Origin: Antedon mediterranea
Taxonomy: Eukaryota; Animalia; Echinodermata
DNA: 64,000 nt
Direction: 5' to 3'
NCBI RefSeq assembly: GCF_964355755.1
Contig: NC_092676.1
Coordinates: forward strand, 8,967,888-9,031,887
Translations under genes and position numbers: made by a program
The notes under the pieces: generated by a model
Told to the model about the DNA's origin: nothing
Seen by the model: only the letters and a program-made list of their open reading frames with translations
Databases searched by the model: none
Part shown: positions 1 to 10,918 of the stretch, one piece after another
Layout of the letters: each line of letters starts with the position of its first letter
How positions within the stretch are numbered: position 1 is the stretch's first letter

Positions 1-526
1 ATTTCGAAAATCGGTCGTAGGTTTTGATTCTCTAAATTAATATTTTGCCATTAGGTATCACATATTCAGTATGCGTTTACGACAACTTTATTCATTTAAC
101 TATTAATTAAATTAATACTGCCTTTAAAATTAAAGGTCAGATACATGTCCATCTATACGTTTTAATACTAGAATTGTTCATTATGGAATAAATGCTGTCA
201 TCAAAAACATAATTAGCCATTATAAATATTTTTTTTTAAAATCAAGAATTGAAAATTGCCAGTGCTTATTATATGTTCAATGAAACATAATCATCTGAAT
301 TAGATCTCACATAATATAGAAAACGAATGTTTTATTAAATGATTTAAAATAATGCTTTAAATGTGTATTTAAAGACAATAAAGAACACACTTTTATGAAA
401 CTAAAAAAGGCGACGAGATGTTTCGTCCATACACGTCCGCGATTGAGTAGATATAAATGAGGTTCGTCGCTGCGTTGTATCACTCATCAACCAACTCAAC
501 TGTTTGGTAAAGTTAAAAGTTAAGTT

Positions 527-1102
527 ATAGCTGACCAAACTAAAACTAAGAAGCTTGTTATAGCCAAGAAGCCTGTTACTCTCCCAACGTACATCGACAT
601 GGTAACGGCAGCAATTGGTACTTTGAAGGACAAAAGCGGCTCATCTCGCCAGGCTATTGCCAAGTACATCCTAGCTTATTATAAAGTTGAACCCACTAAA
701 ATGAAAACTCATCTTCGTTTGGCTTTGAAACGTGGTGTCGAAAGTAACAAACTTGTTCAAGCAAAAGGTGCAGGAGCCAGCGGTTCATTTAAACTGAACC
801 AGACTACAGCCAAGGGTGATGAAGCTGCCATGGCAAAAATGGAAAGATCAGAGAAGAAAGCAGCTGCAGAGAAGGAAAAGAGTGTAGCAAAGAAGGCCAA
901 ACAATTAGCAGCGAAGAAGGCAAACAAACCAATTGTAAAGAAGGCTACCAAATTCAAGTCACCCAAGAAGTCTGAGAAAAATAAATCTAAGCCGAAAATG
1001 TCTATCAAGTCTCCTAAGAAGCCAAAGACAAATAAGCTAAAAAGCCGAAAGTTAAAAAGACATCAAAGAAGGTCGGAGAGAAGTGAAATACTGCTAATTT
1101 AA
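527..1102 (+). pseudogene. H1: Histone H1, copy 1 (start ATG>ATA; C-terminal frameshift)
   Basis: Globular H1 domain ([11 protein letters not shown]...[10 protein letters not shown]) and Lys/Ala/Pro tail. Codon 1 reads ATA at 527 where copies 3 and 4 read ATG. An alternative frame near the end gives [16 protein letters not shown] (TGA 1084-1086). A stem-loop follows. Confidence 0.92.
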
Positions 1103-1114
1103 TTCAAACCGAAC

Positions 1115-1134
1115 GGCTCTTTTCAGAGCCACCA
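1115..1134 (+). terminator. Histone 3' stem-loop (H1)
   Basis: GGCTCTTTTCAGAGCC-ACCA, the canonical replication-dependent histone mRNA hairpin. Also present after the other H1 copies. Confidence 0.95.
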
Positions 1135-1877
1135 TGTGTATAAAAGGGATTTATTTGCATTTTATTTCATTAGTTTCCAAATCTTGTTTTTCACTTTGAA
1201 TATTATATATTATCTCTATTATAATGCTATACACTTATATAACTCCAGAGTACAAAGGTAAAATGTAACCGATAATTTTTATCTATTTTTAACAATTTTT
1301 AGCCTCTTAACTTTTTGTGTGTGTTTTTGTAAATTGTATTTTATATTTTTGTATTTTGCCAGGTTTCAAATCACATTTCTGTTTTTTAAATGGACAATAA
1401 AGTATATATGACTATTACTATGACAATTAAGTTTTTAGAAAATTTTGTACAGATAGTGAACGAAACATCACTACTATATCAAAATAATAACTAATAATTA
1501 AATTGAAATAATGACTCATAACATATTCTTTTTTTTTCCATAATTAACTGTGCTGTTGATTGAATATTTATATATATAAAAGAGTAGTCCTTTTATTTAA
1601 TATTATTTTATTTTTTAAAGACAAACAACGATGATTTTATTGACCCTTGCACTTACATTCCTTTTTGTTCAGTTTTATTCGTTACGATCATTGTATATAC
1701 AGTTTCGATGGTGGACGACTGACCCAAATTTTCTAGAGATATTTATGTTACTGACGAAATGCAAATTGACATAATTACAGTTGAGCAACGTCCGCACAAA
1801 GCGTATAAATACTTCGGCATTTCGACAGTTTCCACACATTTCGAATAATTCTGAGTGATTCTTAATATCGATTAAAC

Positions 1878-2196
<319 letters not shown>

Positions 2197-2922
2197 ACTC
2201 GATGCTTTTTCAAAACACAAGGCTCTTTTCAGAGCCACCAGTTGAACCAAAAAAGATTTATTTGCTTTTCTTTAATTGTTTAATATGATTCATTAATTTC
2301 AAATAATCCAGTGATTTTTCAGAAATGTATTGATTATTAAAATTATTTTTATTAAATTTGTTAAGAATTATTTTTTCAGGGGGACAATACATCTTTAATA
2401 AATATAAACAAAGAAGGAGCTTCCTCCATGTCATAAAGCTAAAAATAAGATATGAATTAGGCATGTTTTTGTATTATACCATATACTAAGATATACAAAT
2501 AGTATTAAGTAATACTTAAGAGCCACCAGTTGAACCAAAAAGAGATTTATTTGCTTTTCTTAAATTTTTTAATATGATTAAAAAATTTCAAATAATCGAT
2601 TGATTTTTCAGAAATGTATTGATTATTAAAATGTATTATAATAGAAAACCATTTTAGAGATCAATACTCACAAATAACAAACGTATTGTGGTAGCATTTA
2701 CATTTTATGGTATTTTAACCTATATAGGCCTATGTAGAATAAAAGTAGTAACAACGCGGTAATAATTGATTTAGCACGAATTGGGACGATTCCTCTCGCT
2801 TCTAAAAGTTACGTAATGAGTAACATTTTCTATATTTAAACAAATAAATACAAAATAGCGCCACATATGCCTTTGTTAACATAAAGAGTCACACGTCGTA
2901 TAAGGAAAACACGCCTCATATA

Positions 2923-5506
2923 TGTGGGGATTAATCTAATCATGTGATAATTAAATACTGCCCCCTATAGGTGTTACTGCCCCCTATAGGTGTTACTGCC
3001 CCCTATAATTGTAACAGTCTTTTTCAAATGATTTGCTTTCTTTTGTATTCATGAACCGGTCAAGGAAGCAGATAGTTTTGTCTCTTATTTAATTAAAGAT
3101 CTGATTAAAAGGTAATTACTCTACTTTATACATATATTACTTTGTTATACATTTATAAGATTCTGTTATGTTTAAGAAACATTAATGTTGTATTTTAAGA
3201 TGATTGCATTCATAGGCCTAGACATTTGTTTTGGGTTAACCTTGACTCATGGAATGTGCAGTTAGGAAGCCTATTGAATAGTATTGTGTTACAATCTTTG
3301 AACTAGGATTTTATGCCATATAATGTTATAATATATACTTTTGTGATAAACCTTCTTTGTATTAACAAAATATGTTTAGATAGATTTAGTAATGTTTAGT
3401 TTATAGAAGATAGTTTCTAGTTAACAGTTTGTATAAAATAGTTCATCCTACAGTTCACACTTGATTAATTTGTACACACGAGGCTACCATGCTCGTGATA
3501 GATCGTCATGTAGTGCGCCCTCTATTTATCATACAAAATGGCTGCGCCCATGGATTTGTTATTTATATATTTTACACAAACCTAAGATTATAACTCCTTG
3601 ATTCAATGAATAGACTAAGTTTAGTATTCAAATAGTGTGAGTAAATTCCAACATGCATTTATTCTAGTAATATAATAGTAATATTCAGGCACTTATGAAT
3701 ATGCAATTGTGTAGGTAATTAATTAGGTATTTGTATACTCTAACAAAGTATACAGAGGCTGTTTAGGTAGACGTGCCGTTTGATGTAATAGTCGCAGTCC
3801 TCAGAGAGAATCCTTTTTATTAGAGTCGCCTGTTAAGTTGAGGTCGTTACTAAGAATTGGCTTACGTATTTTAGAATATTATTTACTTTTGTTTCTCATT
3901 GTATTTATTTTGTGGTTTTCAGGACCATACTGATCTCTATTGTTATGCTAAAAACAAATTAAAACCAAATACACCACCGGACCGTGGTAAAAGTGAGAAA
4001 AGGCGTGTTTTTCCTTTTGTGTTGTCGTCCACATCCTTACAATTTGGTGTCAGAAGTGGGATCGTGGATCGTATTTGGCTTTAACATTAGAGATCAGTGA
4101 TGGCAAGCAAGGCATCGTTGCGAGATGTGCAGAGGACGGTTGATGAGCTAAGAGCCGAACTAGAAGCAACTAGGCGTGCTGCCCATGGTAATGGAAACAC
4201 AGTATATGTTCTCCCAGAGAAGAAGATGAGACACTTTGTGGGAGCCGAAGGGGAATGTGTAGAGTCCTTTGTTGAAGACGATGGTACTGGGGACGTTTAC
4301 CCTGACTGGCCTGATGATGCTGGCATTGACTCTGAAAATGCTGAAAAGATTCTTCTTGTTGTGAATAATATTAAGTTTGAGGACAAACTCAGCTTAAACA
4401 GGGGAGTGTGGGGATTAATCTAATCATGTGATAATTAAATACTGCCCCCTATAGGTGTTACTGCCCCCTATAATTGTAACAGTCTTTTTCAAATGATTTG
4501 CTTTCTTTTGTATTCATGAACCGGTCAAGGAAGCAGATAGTTTTGTCTCTTATTTAATTAAAGATCTGATTAAAAGGTAATTACTCTACTTTATACATAT
4601 ATTACTTTGTTATACATTTATAAGATTCTGTTATGTTTAAGAAACATTAATGTTGTATTTTAAGATGATTGCATTCATAGGCCTAGACATTTGTTTTGGG
4701 TTAACCTTGACTCATGGAATGTGCAGTTAGGAAGCCTATTGAATAGTATTGTGTTACAATCTTTGAACTAGGATTTTATGCCATATAATGTTATAATATA
4801 TACTTTTGTGATAAACCTTCTTTGTATTAACAAAATATGTTTAGATAGATTTAGTAATGTTTAGTTTATAGAAGATAGTTTCTAGTTAACAGTTTGTATA
4901 AAATAGTTCATCCTACAGTTCACACTTGATTAATTTGTACACACGAGGCTACCATGCTCGTGATAGATCGTCATGTAGTGCGCCCTCTATTTATCATACA
5001 AAATGGCTGCGCCCATGGATTTGTTATTTATATATTTTACACAAACCTAAGATTATAACTCCTTGATTCAATGAATAGACTAAGTTTAGTATTCAAATAG
5101 TGTGAGTAAATTCCAACATGCATTTATTCTAGTAATATAATAGTAATATTCAGGCACTTATGAATATGCAATTGTGTAGGTAATTAATTAGGTATTTGTA
5201 TACTCTAACAAAGTATACAGAGGCTGTTTAGGTAGACGTGCCGTTTGATGTAATAGTCGCAGTCCTCAGAGAGAATCCTTTTTATTAGAGTCGCCTGTTA
5301 AGTTGAGGTCGTTACTAAGAATTGGCTTACGTATTTTAGAATATTATTTACTTTTGTTTCTCATTGTATTTATTTTGTGGTTTTCAGGACCATACTGATC
5401 TCTATTGTTATGCTAAAAACAAATTAAAACCAAATACACCACCGGACCGTGGTAAAAGTGAGAAAAGGCGTGTTTTTCCTTTTGTGTTGTCGTCCACATC
5501 CTTACA
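2923..5506 (+). mobile_element. Non-autonomous Gypsy-type LTR retroelement (two ~1.1-kb LTRs, 365-bp interior)
   Basis: LTRs 2923-4041 and 4407-5506, both TGT...ACA. 4-bp TSD TATA (2919-2922, 5507-5510), with the empty site at ~12731. PBS TGGTGTCAGAAGTGGGAT at 4045-4062 (tRNA-Leu-like). PPT ...AGGGGAG ends at 4406. Confidence 0.95.
4097..4423 (+). pseudogene. Truncated gag N-terminus fused to the 3' end of the element
   Basis: ORF just after the PBS: a coiled-coil then TVYVLPEKKMRHFVG, resembling Gypsy gag starts. It runs through the PPT into the 3' LTR; no pol is present. Confidence 0.65.
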
Positions 5507-5624
5507 TATATAAATGTTTTGTTTTTTAGAAGTTCTTTTACAATAACTTTTTTTATCATAATTATGTGTAAAATGCATCACACAAAAAAAAGGGAATAGA
5601 GAATAAGAGAGATAATTATACGAA

Positions 5625-6055
5625 ATGGATTCCTTTGAGTTAGCGAAAAAAAGTATCGAGACTTGAGATGACGAGATGTGCAATAGCATGATAGAGAAGA
5701 TTTTGCAAGACTTTGATTTTTCGCAGATAGAAGTTACCTAATTAGGAGGAGGTGAAACAAGGCTTGAAAAATCTATAGCAGAGTTGAAGAAAGCAGTGCA
5801 GTGTTGCATTGCAAAAGAATTGAACGTTGGACGAATGATTACTAGTTTGACTTTAGCACGCCACCTATCTGACAGGTACAGCGGACACGAAAACAAATTT
5901 GCAGCGTTTGTCGCACAATGTTTCGAAGAAAGGTCCGATAGGGTTGATAATCGGAACTTGTGCTATTGCCACCAGGTCGGTAGAAGGAAAACAAGATAAA
6001 AGCAAGTTTGAACATATATACTGGAATGAATATACACGGATCTGACTGCCGCTAG
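5625..6055 (+). pseudogene. Orphan ORF with Bcl-2 BH1/BH2-like motifs, copy 1 (disrupted)
   Basis: MDSFELAKKSIET*DDEMCN...KELNVGRMITSLTLARHL...; two in-frame stops and two deletions relative to sister copies. The consensus of copies is an open ~159-aa frame. Confidence 0.55.
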
Positions 6056-6170
6056 GCCAGTAAATATATATTTTTATAGGCCAGTAAAATATATTTTTAT
6101 AGGCCAGTAAAAAATAATTTTTATAGGCCCGTAAAATATATTTTTTATAGGCCAGTAAAATATATTTATA
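6052..6170. repeat. Minisatellite, ~5 x 22-23 bp (TAGGCCAGTAAAATATATTTTTA)
   Basis: Directly visible; starts at the stop codon of the orphan ORF. Repeated at ~13279-13397 and ~24234-24352. Confidence 0.9.
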
Positions 6171-6440
6171 GTGTTAGTCGCGGTTGCTTCCCGCAGTCGT
6201 ACAATCGTCAAAGCGCAGTCGCTGCTTCATGCGATCAACAGTTTAAAAGAAAAAAATTTAAAAACCTGAAACAATTTGTCGTTTTCTTTTTCTTTTATTT
6301 TGATCTTCATACATTTTTACAGAAAAACTATGCAATGCAACTTGACTTAAAAACTAACTTTAAAAAAAAAAAGAAATCTCAGAGAAAATATGTCGTTTTT
6401 TTGCAATCAGAGCAGACCATGATGATATCGACAATTCATC

Positions 6441-7198
6441 TTATTTTACGCTGTTTTTTTTGGCCCTGAAACATTCAATATTCACGTAACCTACGGTTAG
6501 AAATTGCATCTTGTAGCCTTCTGACATCGGCATTCTCGATTGTTCGTAATCACCAAATTGTTGCATTATATACGCTATCGTGTTTACAGTCTCTTCTTCT
6601 TTGAATAACGGCCACAGTATCAAAATTCTTGCACATTTATTAAGTTCGAACATGATTTCCGAAACTACACCGCATTTCATTTTGCTTTCCGTAAGTATTT
6701 TCACCGTCCAGCGGCATTCTTCTAAAAATGCTTGTAATTTCTCTGCTACACCAAGAAATTTACCGCCGACTATTAAGAAATCGTACGGTTGCTTTTTTGT
6801 TGAAGGTGGCAGCGGAGGCAACAGCATAGTTGTGCTGACCTTCTGTATCAGGTCGGTTCTTTGTAGGAAAAAAAAACAACAACAATTTAGAATAAGATTT
6901 GAAGAAAAAAAATTGTTAGTAATATAATAATAGTATAATAGTAATAATTATGTAAACAAAAGAAGAAAAAAACTTACGAAGGAGGGATCTTGGCTAGCCT
7001 AGGGTCAAGCTGGTGATTTGTTGGCTTCGAGAAAATGACTGCTGGAAACATCTTGCTACAAGTATGTAATTTTCTCTGCGGTTCTTCTGTGTTATTTTCT
7101 TCTGTGTTATTCTTCTCGATGAAGCTAAGATTGTGTGAAGCTGTATTGAAACCTCTGTTCTTTATATAGTTTTCAACTGATGATGATGACATCATCAT
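6441..7198 (-). CDS. Two-exon orphan gene, 212 aa, TIR-like C-terminal domain, copy 1
   Basis: Exons 7198-6978 and 6858-6441. The 119-nt intron has a GTAAG donor, TACTAAC branch point and pyrimidine tract ending in AG. Splicing joins the 74-aa and 128-aa ORFs in frame (221+418=639 nt). CCAAT at ~7220. Confidence 0.7.
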
Positions 7199-7344
7199 TA
7201 ACGAATTTGGGAGATTCTGATTGGCCGGTTAATACATTTACAGTTTCATTTTAAAGTTTTTGTAATCTTACATTGTTAACTTTCACAGTTTTTTATGCTA
7301 AAGCTAGGCGTGGCCGAAACAAGTTAAATCCCTGCGCATGGTCA

Positions 7345-7410
7345 ACAGCCAATTGGTCTACAATTGTACCCTCAGGAAGCCCTCATTTGCATATCTCCGT
7401 GTATAAGAAA
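7345..7410 (+). promoter_or_regulatory. Histone H2B promoter (CCAAT, octamer, TATA)
   Basis: CCAAT at 7349, octamer ATTTGCAT at 7385-7392 and TATAA at 7402, upstream of the H2B ATG at 7469. The octamer is the established H2B subtype element. Confidence 0.85.
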
Positions 7411-7468
7411 TAAGCTTGTTTAACAACCAGTCACTTCAATTTTTTCATCGTGCATTAAATTGTGAAGC

Positions 7469-7524
7469 ATGCCACCAAAAACCTCAAAAAAAGCTGCTAA
7501 AAAAGCCGGTAAAGCCAAAGCCGT
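7469..7524 (+). pseudogene. H2B: Histone H2B N-terminal stub
   Basis: MPPKTSKKAAKKAGKAKA then an abrupt loss of similarity; no histone fold and no stem-loop. Confidence 0.85.
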
Positions 7525-8053
7525 AATATTCTACCAGTATAATCTTTAATACACATCTGTATTTTCTGATATAGACAACAATTTCAGAAGTCCATCAACA
7601 AAATTGTATTCTATACATCTCCATACAACCGTTATGATTAAACGAGTATAATGAATATTAATGAATAATCTATCAGAGAGAGAGAGAGGGAGAGAAAAAT
7701 AGTGTTTTTAATACAACACACGGAAACCCAGATGATGAGTTTGCCGGGCATCATTAACATCGAATTTTGACAATTATTCATAAACAATATTACAAATAAA
7801 ACAATTAGACATTTCTTTAAGGTCTTTTAAGCTTTAATTTTCTATTATATTTGTGCAATTCGCTATATGAATGTTTGTCTTAACCCGGACGTTATGTTTA
7901 GATATATATTTTTTTGTACTTTCCCATTTTTGTATTTTTCTTTTTTATTGTTATATTTTGTTTCTTTGGACGCACCTTAACAAGTTGAAGTGTGCCACTG
8001 ATAAAAAAAAAAAGTACAATGCCAAAAAATTGTTATTATTAATTATATCGATG

Positions 8054-8753
8054 ACAAATTTCGTTTTTGTAAAAGCACAAGTTAACGGAGTACTTACTCG
8101 AACGTTTCGATCTCTATCAGAGATCCTTCTCAACTGACTGCGGAGTGTTAATGCAGCTTGGTCATTCTTGACGTCATCTGTTGATGACGTTGTACGCCTC
8201 CGGTTGTAGGTTGGAGGTTGTGCGGGGCTCGGCCAGGTGATGTGTCTATCAAATCATTGTACAAATGCGAGAGTTCGTGGGCTCCAGTGTCCCGGTTCAT
8301 GGTCTTCTCTTTATTTCTCCTTATATGTAATGATTCTCTAATCTGTCTGTCTTTGCGTTTAGGCTCTTTGGTTAAGATGGTAGCCTCCCAGTTCGGTACA
8401 TGATTGTGTTTTATGACATGTTCTGTAATGGCAGATTTGTGTATGATCGAAGATGTGGATGTTCTGGAGGCCCTAGTCATTACTCTCCCCGTGTTTGTTG
8501 TAACAAGGGCCTCCAGAACATCCACATCTTCGATCCACACCCCCGCACAACCTCCAACCTACAACCGGAGGCGTACAACGTCATCAACAGATGACGTCAA
8601 GAATGACCAAGCTGCATTAACACTCCGCAGTCAGTTGAGAAGGATCTCTGATAGAGATCGAAACGTTCGAGTAAGTACTCCGTTAACTTGTGCTTTTACA
8701 AAAACGAAATTTGTCATCTATACAAAATCGAAGCTAAATGAAATTCTTTCAAG
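8054..8753 (-). mobile_element. Penelope-like element fragment (GIY-YIG C-terminus with inverted pseudo-LTRs)
   Basis: Minus-strand peptide KSAITEHVIKHNHVPNW..ILTKE...RQIRESLHIR...MNRDTG.HELSHLY. Inverted ~178-bp repeats at 8050-8227 and 8541-8718. Flanking duplication ATTAATTATATCGATG (8038-8053, 8754-8769). Absent at ~14750 and ~26230. Confidence 0.9.
8633..8668 (+). ncRNA. Minimal hammerhead-ribozyme-like motif in the Penelope pLTR (mirror copy ~8100-8135 on minus)
   Basis: TTGAGAAG-GATCTCT-GAT-AGAGATC-GAAAC: variant core, stem II hairpin and GAAA. Hammerheads are established in PLE pLTRs. Confidence 0.65.
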
Positions 8754-9035
8754 ATTAATTATATCGATGTACTTTACAAAGTTATATAAAGTCTAAATTA
8801 AAAACACCTTCGTATAGCTACTGTCACTACCTAAAACTTAAATTCCCGAATTATGTATATAATCAAAATAAAGAAAAAGAGTAACACACTAATCATTTTT
8901 ATCTAGTCACGCCCTTGTTATGAATAAAGCGTTAACAATTATCGTTGGCGCCAAAGCCCGTTGCCAATTCAATCATAGGTTTCCGAGAGGGTGTATTGAA
9001 TATACTATTTAAATCGTGGTAAATGTTAAGTTGGT

Positions 9036-9213
9036 TTACTTGTTTACTTACTTTTATACTTGTTTCCGGAGCTCAGCAATGCTGGGTCCGGAGTCGAGGC
9101 TAGGCTATGCCTATAAGCCCCTCTTGATAATTACATCAACTCTTGAATATGGCGCAAATTTAAGAGGGTGGTTGGACCATGCCCGTTCAAGACCGGACTT
9201 AATTGGTTGGCAG
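9036..9213 (-). mobile_element. Short 5'-truncated retroposon inserted between the H2A TATA box and ATG
   Basis: 7-bp TSD AGTTGGT (9029-9035, 9214-9220) and an (AAGT)n-like tail on the minus strand. Present at ~15025-15202, absent at ~26500. Confidence 0.75.
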
Positions 9214-9279
9214 AGTTGGTATCATTTTCAATATAGTATTCCGAAATAGTGTAAAAAATATAGCTATAGCTATAAAAAA

Positions 9280-9657
9280 ATGTCTGGACGTGGTAAAGGA
9301 GGCAAAGCTAAAGGAAAGGCCAAGAGCCGATCAAGCCGTGCTGGACTTCAATTCCCAGTCGGTGGTGTTCACCGATTTTTACGAAAGGGCAACTATGCAT
9401 CCCGGGTTGGTGCTGGTGCTCCAGTCTACATGGCTGCTGTACTTGAGTATTTGACTGCTGAAATCTTAGAATTGGCCGGTAACGCTGCACGTGATAACAA
9501 GAAAGGCAGAATTATCCCTCGTCATCTGCAACTTGTCATCCGGAATGACGAAGAATTACACCGTCTTCTCGGAAGTTTAACCATTGCACAGGGAAGTGTA
9601 TTGCCAAACATCCAGGCTGTACTTCTACCAAAGAAGACTCAAAGCAAAGTCAAGTAA
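9280..9657 (+). CDS. H2A: Histone H2A, copy 1 (open but aberrant; probable pseudogene)
   Basis: Full 125-aa H2A with changes at invariant sites ([29 protein letters not shown]). The stem-loop at 9694-9709 carries a stem mismatch (GGCTCTTTTCAAAGCC). Confidence 0.93.
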   Translation: MSGRGKGGKAKGKAKSRSSRAGLQFPVGGVHRFLRKGNYASRVGAGAPVYMAAVLEYLTAEILELAGNAARDNKKGRIIPRHLQLVIRNDEELHRLLGSLTIAQGSVLPNIQAVLLPKKTQSKVK

Positions 9658-10342
9658 ATCATCAAAGCAAACATATTTTACTTAAGACCTAACGGCTCTT
9701 TTCAAAGCCACCAAAATACAAAAAGAGACTTGAATAGTGATTTTTTCCTTATAAATGTTTATAATTGTATAAATGTAGAATAGCTGGCCTCAGTTAATAA
9801 TATTATACAATACAAAAATTTCGAAAATCGGTCGTAGGTTTTGATTCTCTAAATTAGTATTTTGCCATTAGGTATCACATATTCAGTATGCGTTTACGAC
9901 AACTTTATTCATTTAACTATTAATTAAATTAATACTGCCTTTAAAATTAAAGGTCAGATACATGTCCATCTATACGTTTTAATACTAGAATTGTTCATTA
10001 TGGAATAAATGCTGTCATCAAAAACATAATTAGCCATTATAAATATTTTTTTTTAAATCAAGAATTGAAAATTGCCAGTGCTTATTATATGTTCAATGAA
10101 ACATAATCATCTGAATTAGATCTCACATAATATAGAAAACGAATGTTTTATTAAATGATTTAAAATAATGCTTTAAATGTGTATTTAAAGACAATAAAGA
10201 ACACACTTTTATGAAACTAAAAAAGGCGACGAGATGTTTCGTCCATACACGTCCGCGATTGAGTAGATATAAATGAGGTTCGTCGCTGCGTTGTATCACT
10301 CATCAACCAACTCAACTGTTTGGTAAAGTTAAAAGTTAAGTT

Positions 10343-10918
10343 ATAGCTGACCAAACTAAAACTAAGAAGCTTGTTATAGCCAAGAAGCCTGTTACTCTCC
10401 CAACGTACATCGACATGGTAACGGCAGCAATTGGTACTTTGAAGGACAAAAGCGGCTCATCTCGCCAGGCTATTGCCAAGTACATCCTAGCTTATTACAA
10501 AGTTGAACCCACTAAAATGAAAACTCATCTTCGTTTGGCTTTGAAACGTGGTGTCGAAAGTAACAAACTTGTTCAAGCAAAAGGTGCAGGAGCCAGCGGT
10601 TCATTTAAACTGAACCAGATTACAGCCAAGGGTGATGAAGCTGCCATGGCAAAAATGGAAAGATCAGAGAAGAAAGCAGCTGCAGAGAAGGAAAAGAGTG
10701 TAGCAAAGAAGGCCAAACAATTAGCAGCGAAGAAGGCAAACAAACCAATTGTAAAGAAGGCTACCAAATTCAAGTCACCCAAGAAGTCTGAGAAAAATAA
10801 ATCTAAGCCGAAAATGTCTATCAAGTCTTCTAAGAAGCCAAAGACAAATAAGCTAAAAAGCCGAAAGTTAAAAAGACATCAAAGAAGGTCGGAGAGAAGT
10901 GAAATACTGCTAATTTAA
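10343..10918 (+). pseudogene. H1: Histone H1, copy 2 (ATA start, frameshifted tail)
   Basis: Near-identical to copy 1, 9816 bp downstream. Confidence 0.92.

Noticed and set aside
6580-6927. 115-aa plus-strand ORF
   Set aside because: Non-ATG start and antisense to the spliced minus-strand gene, which has the splice signals.
9280-9657. H2A as a new functional variant
   Set aside because: Changes hit invariant residues, copies accumulate further random changes, the stem-loop is mismatched and neighbours are dead; decay is more parsimonious.
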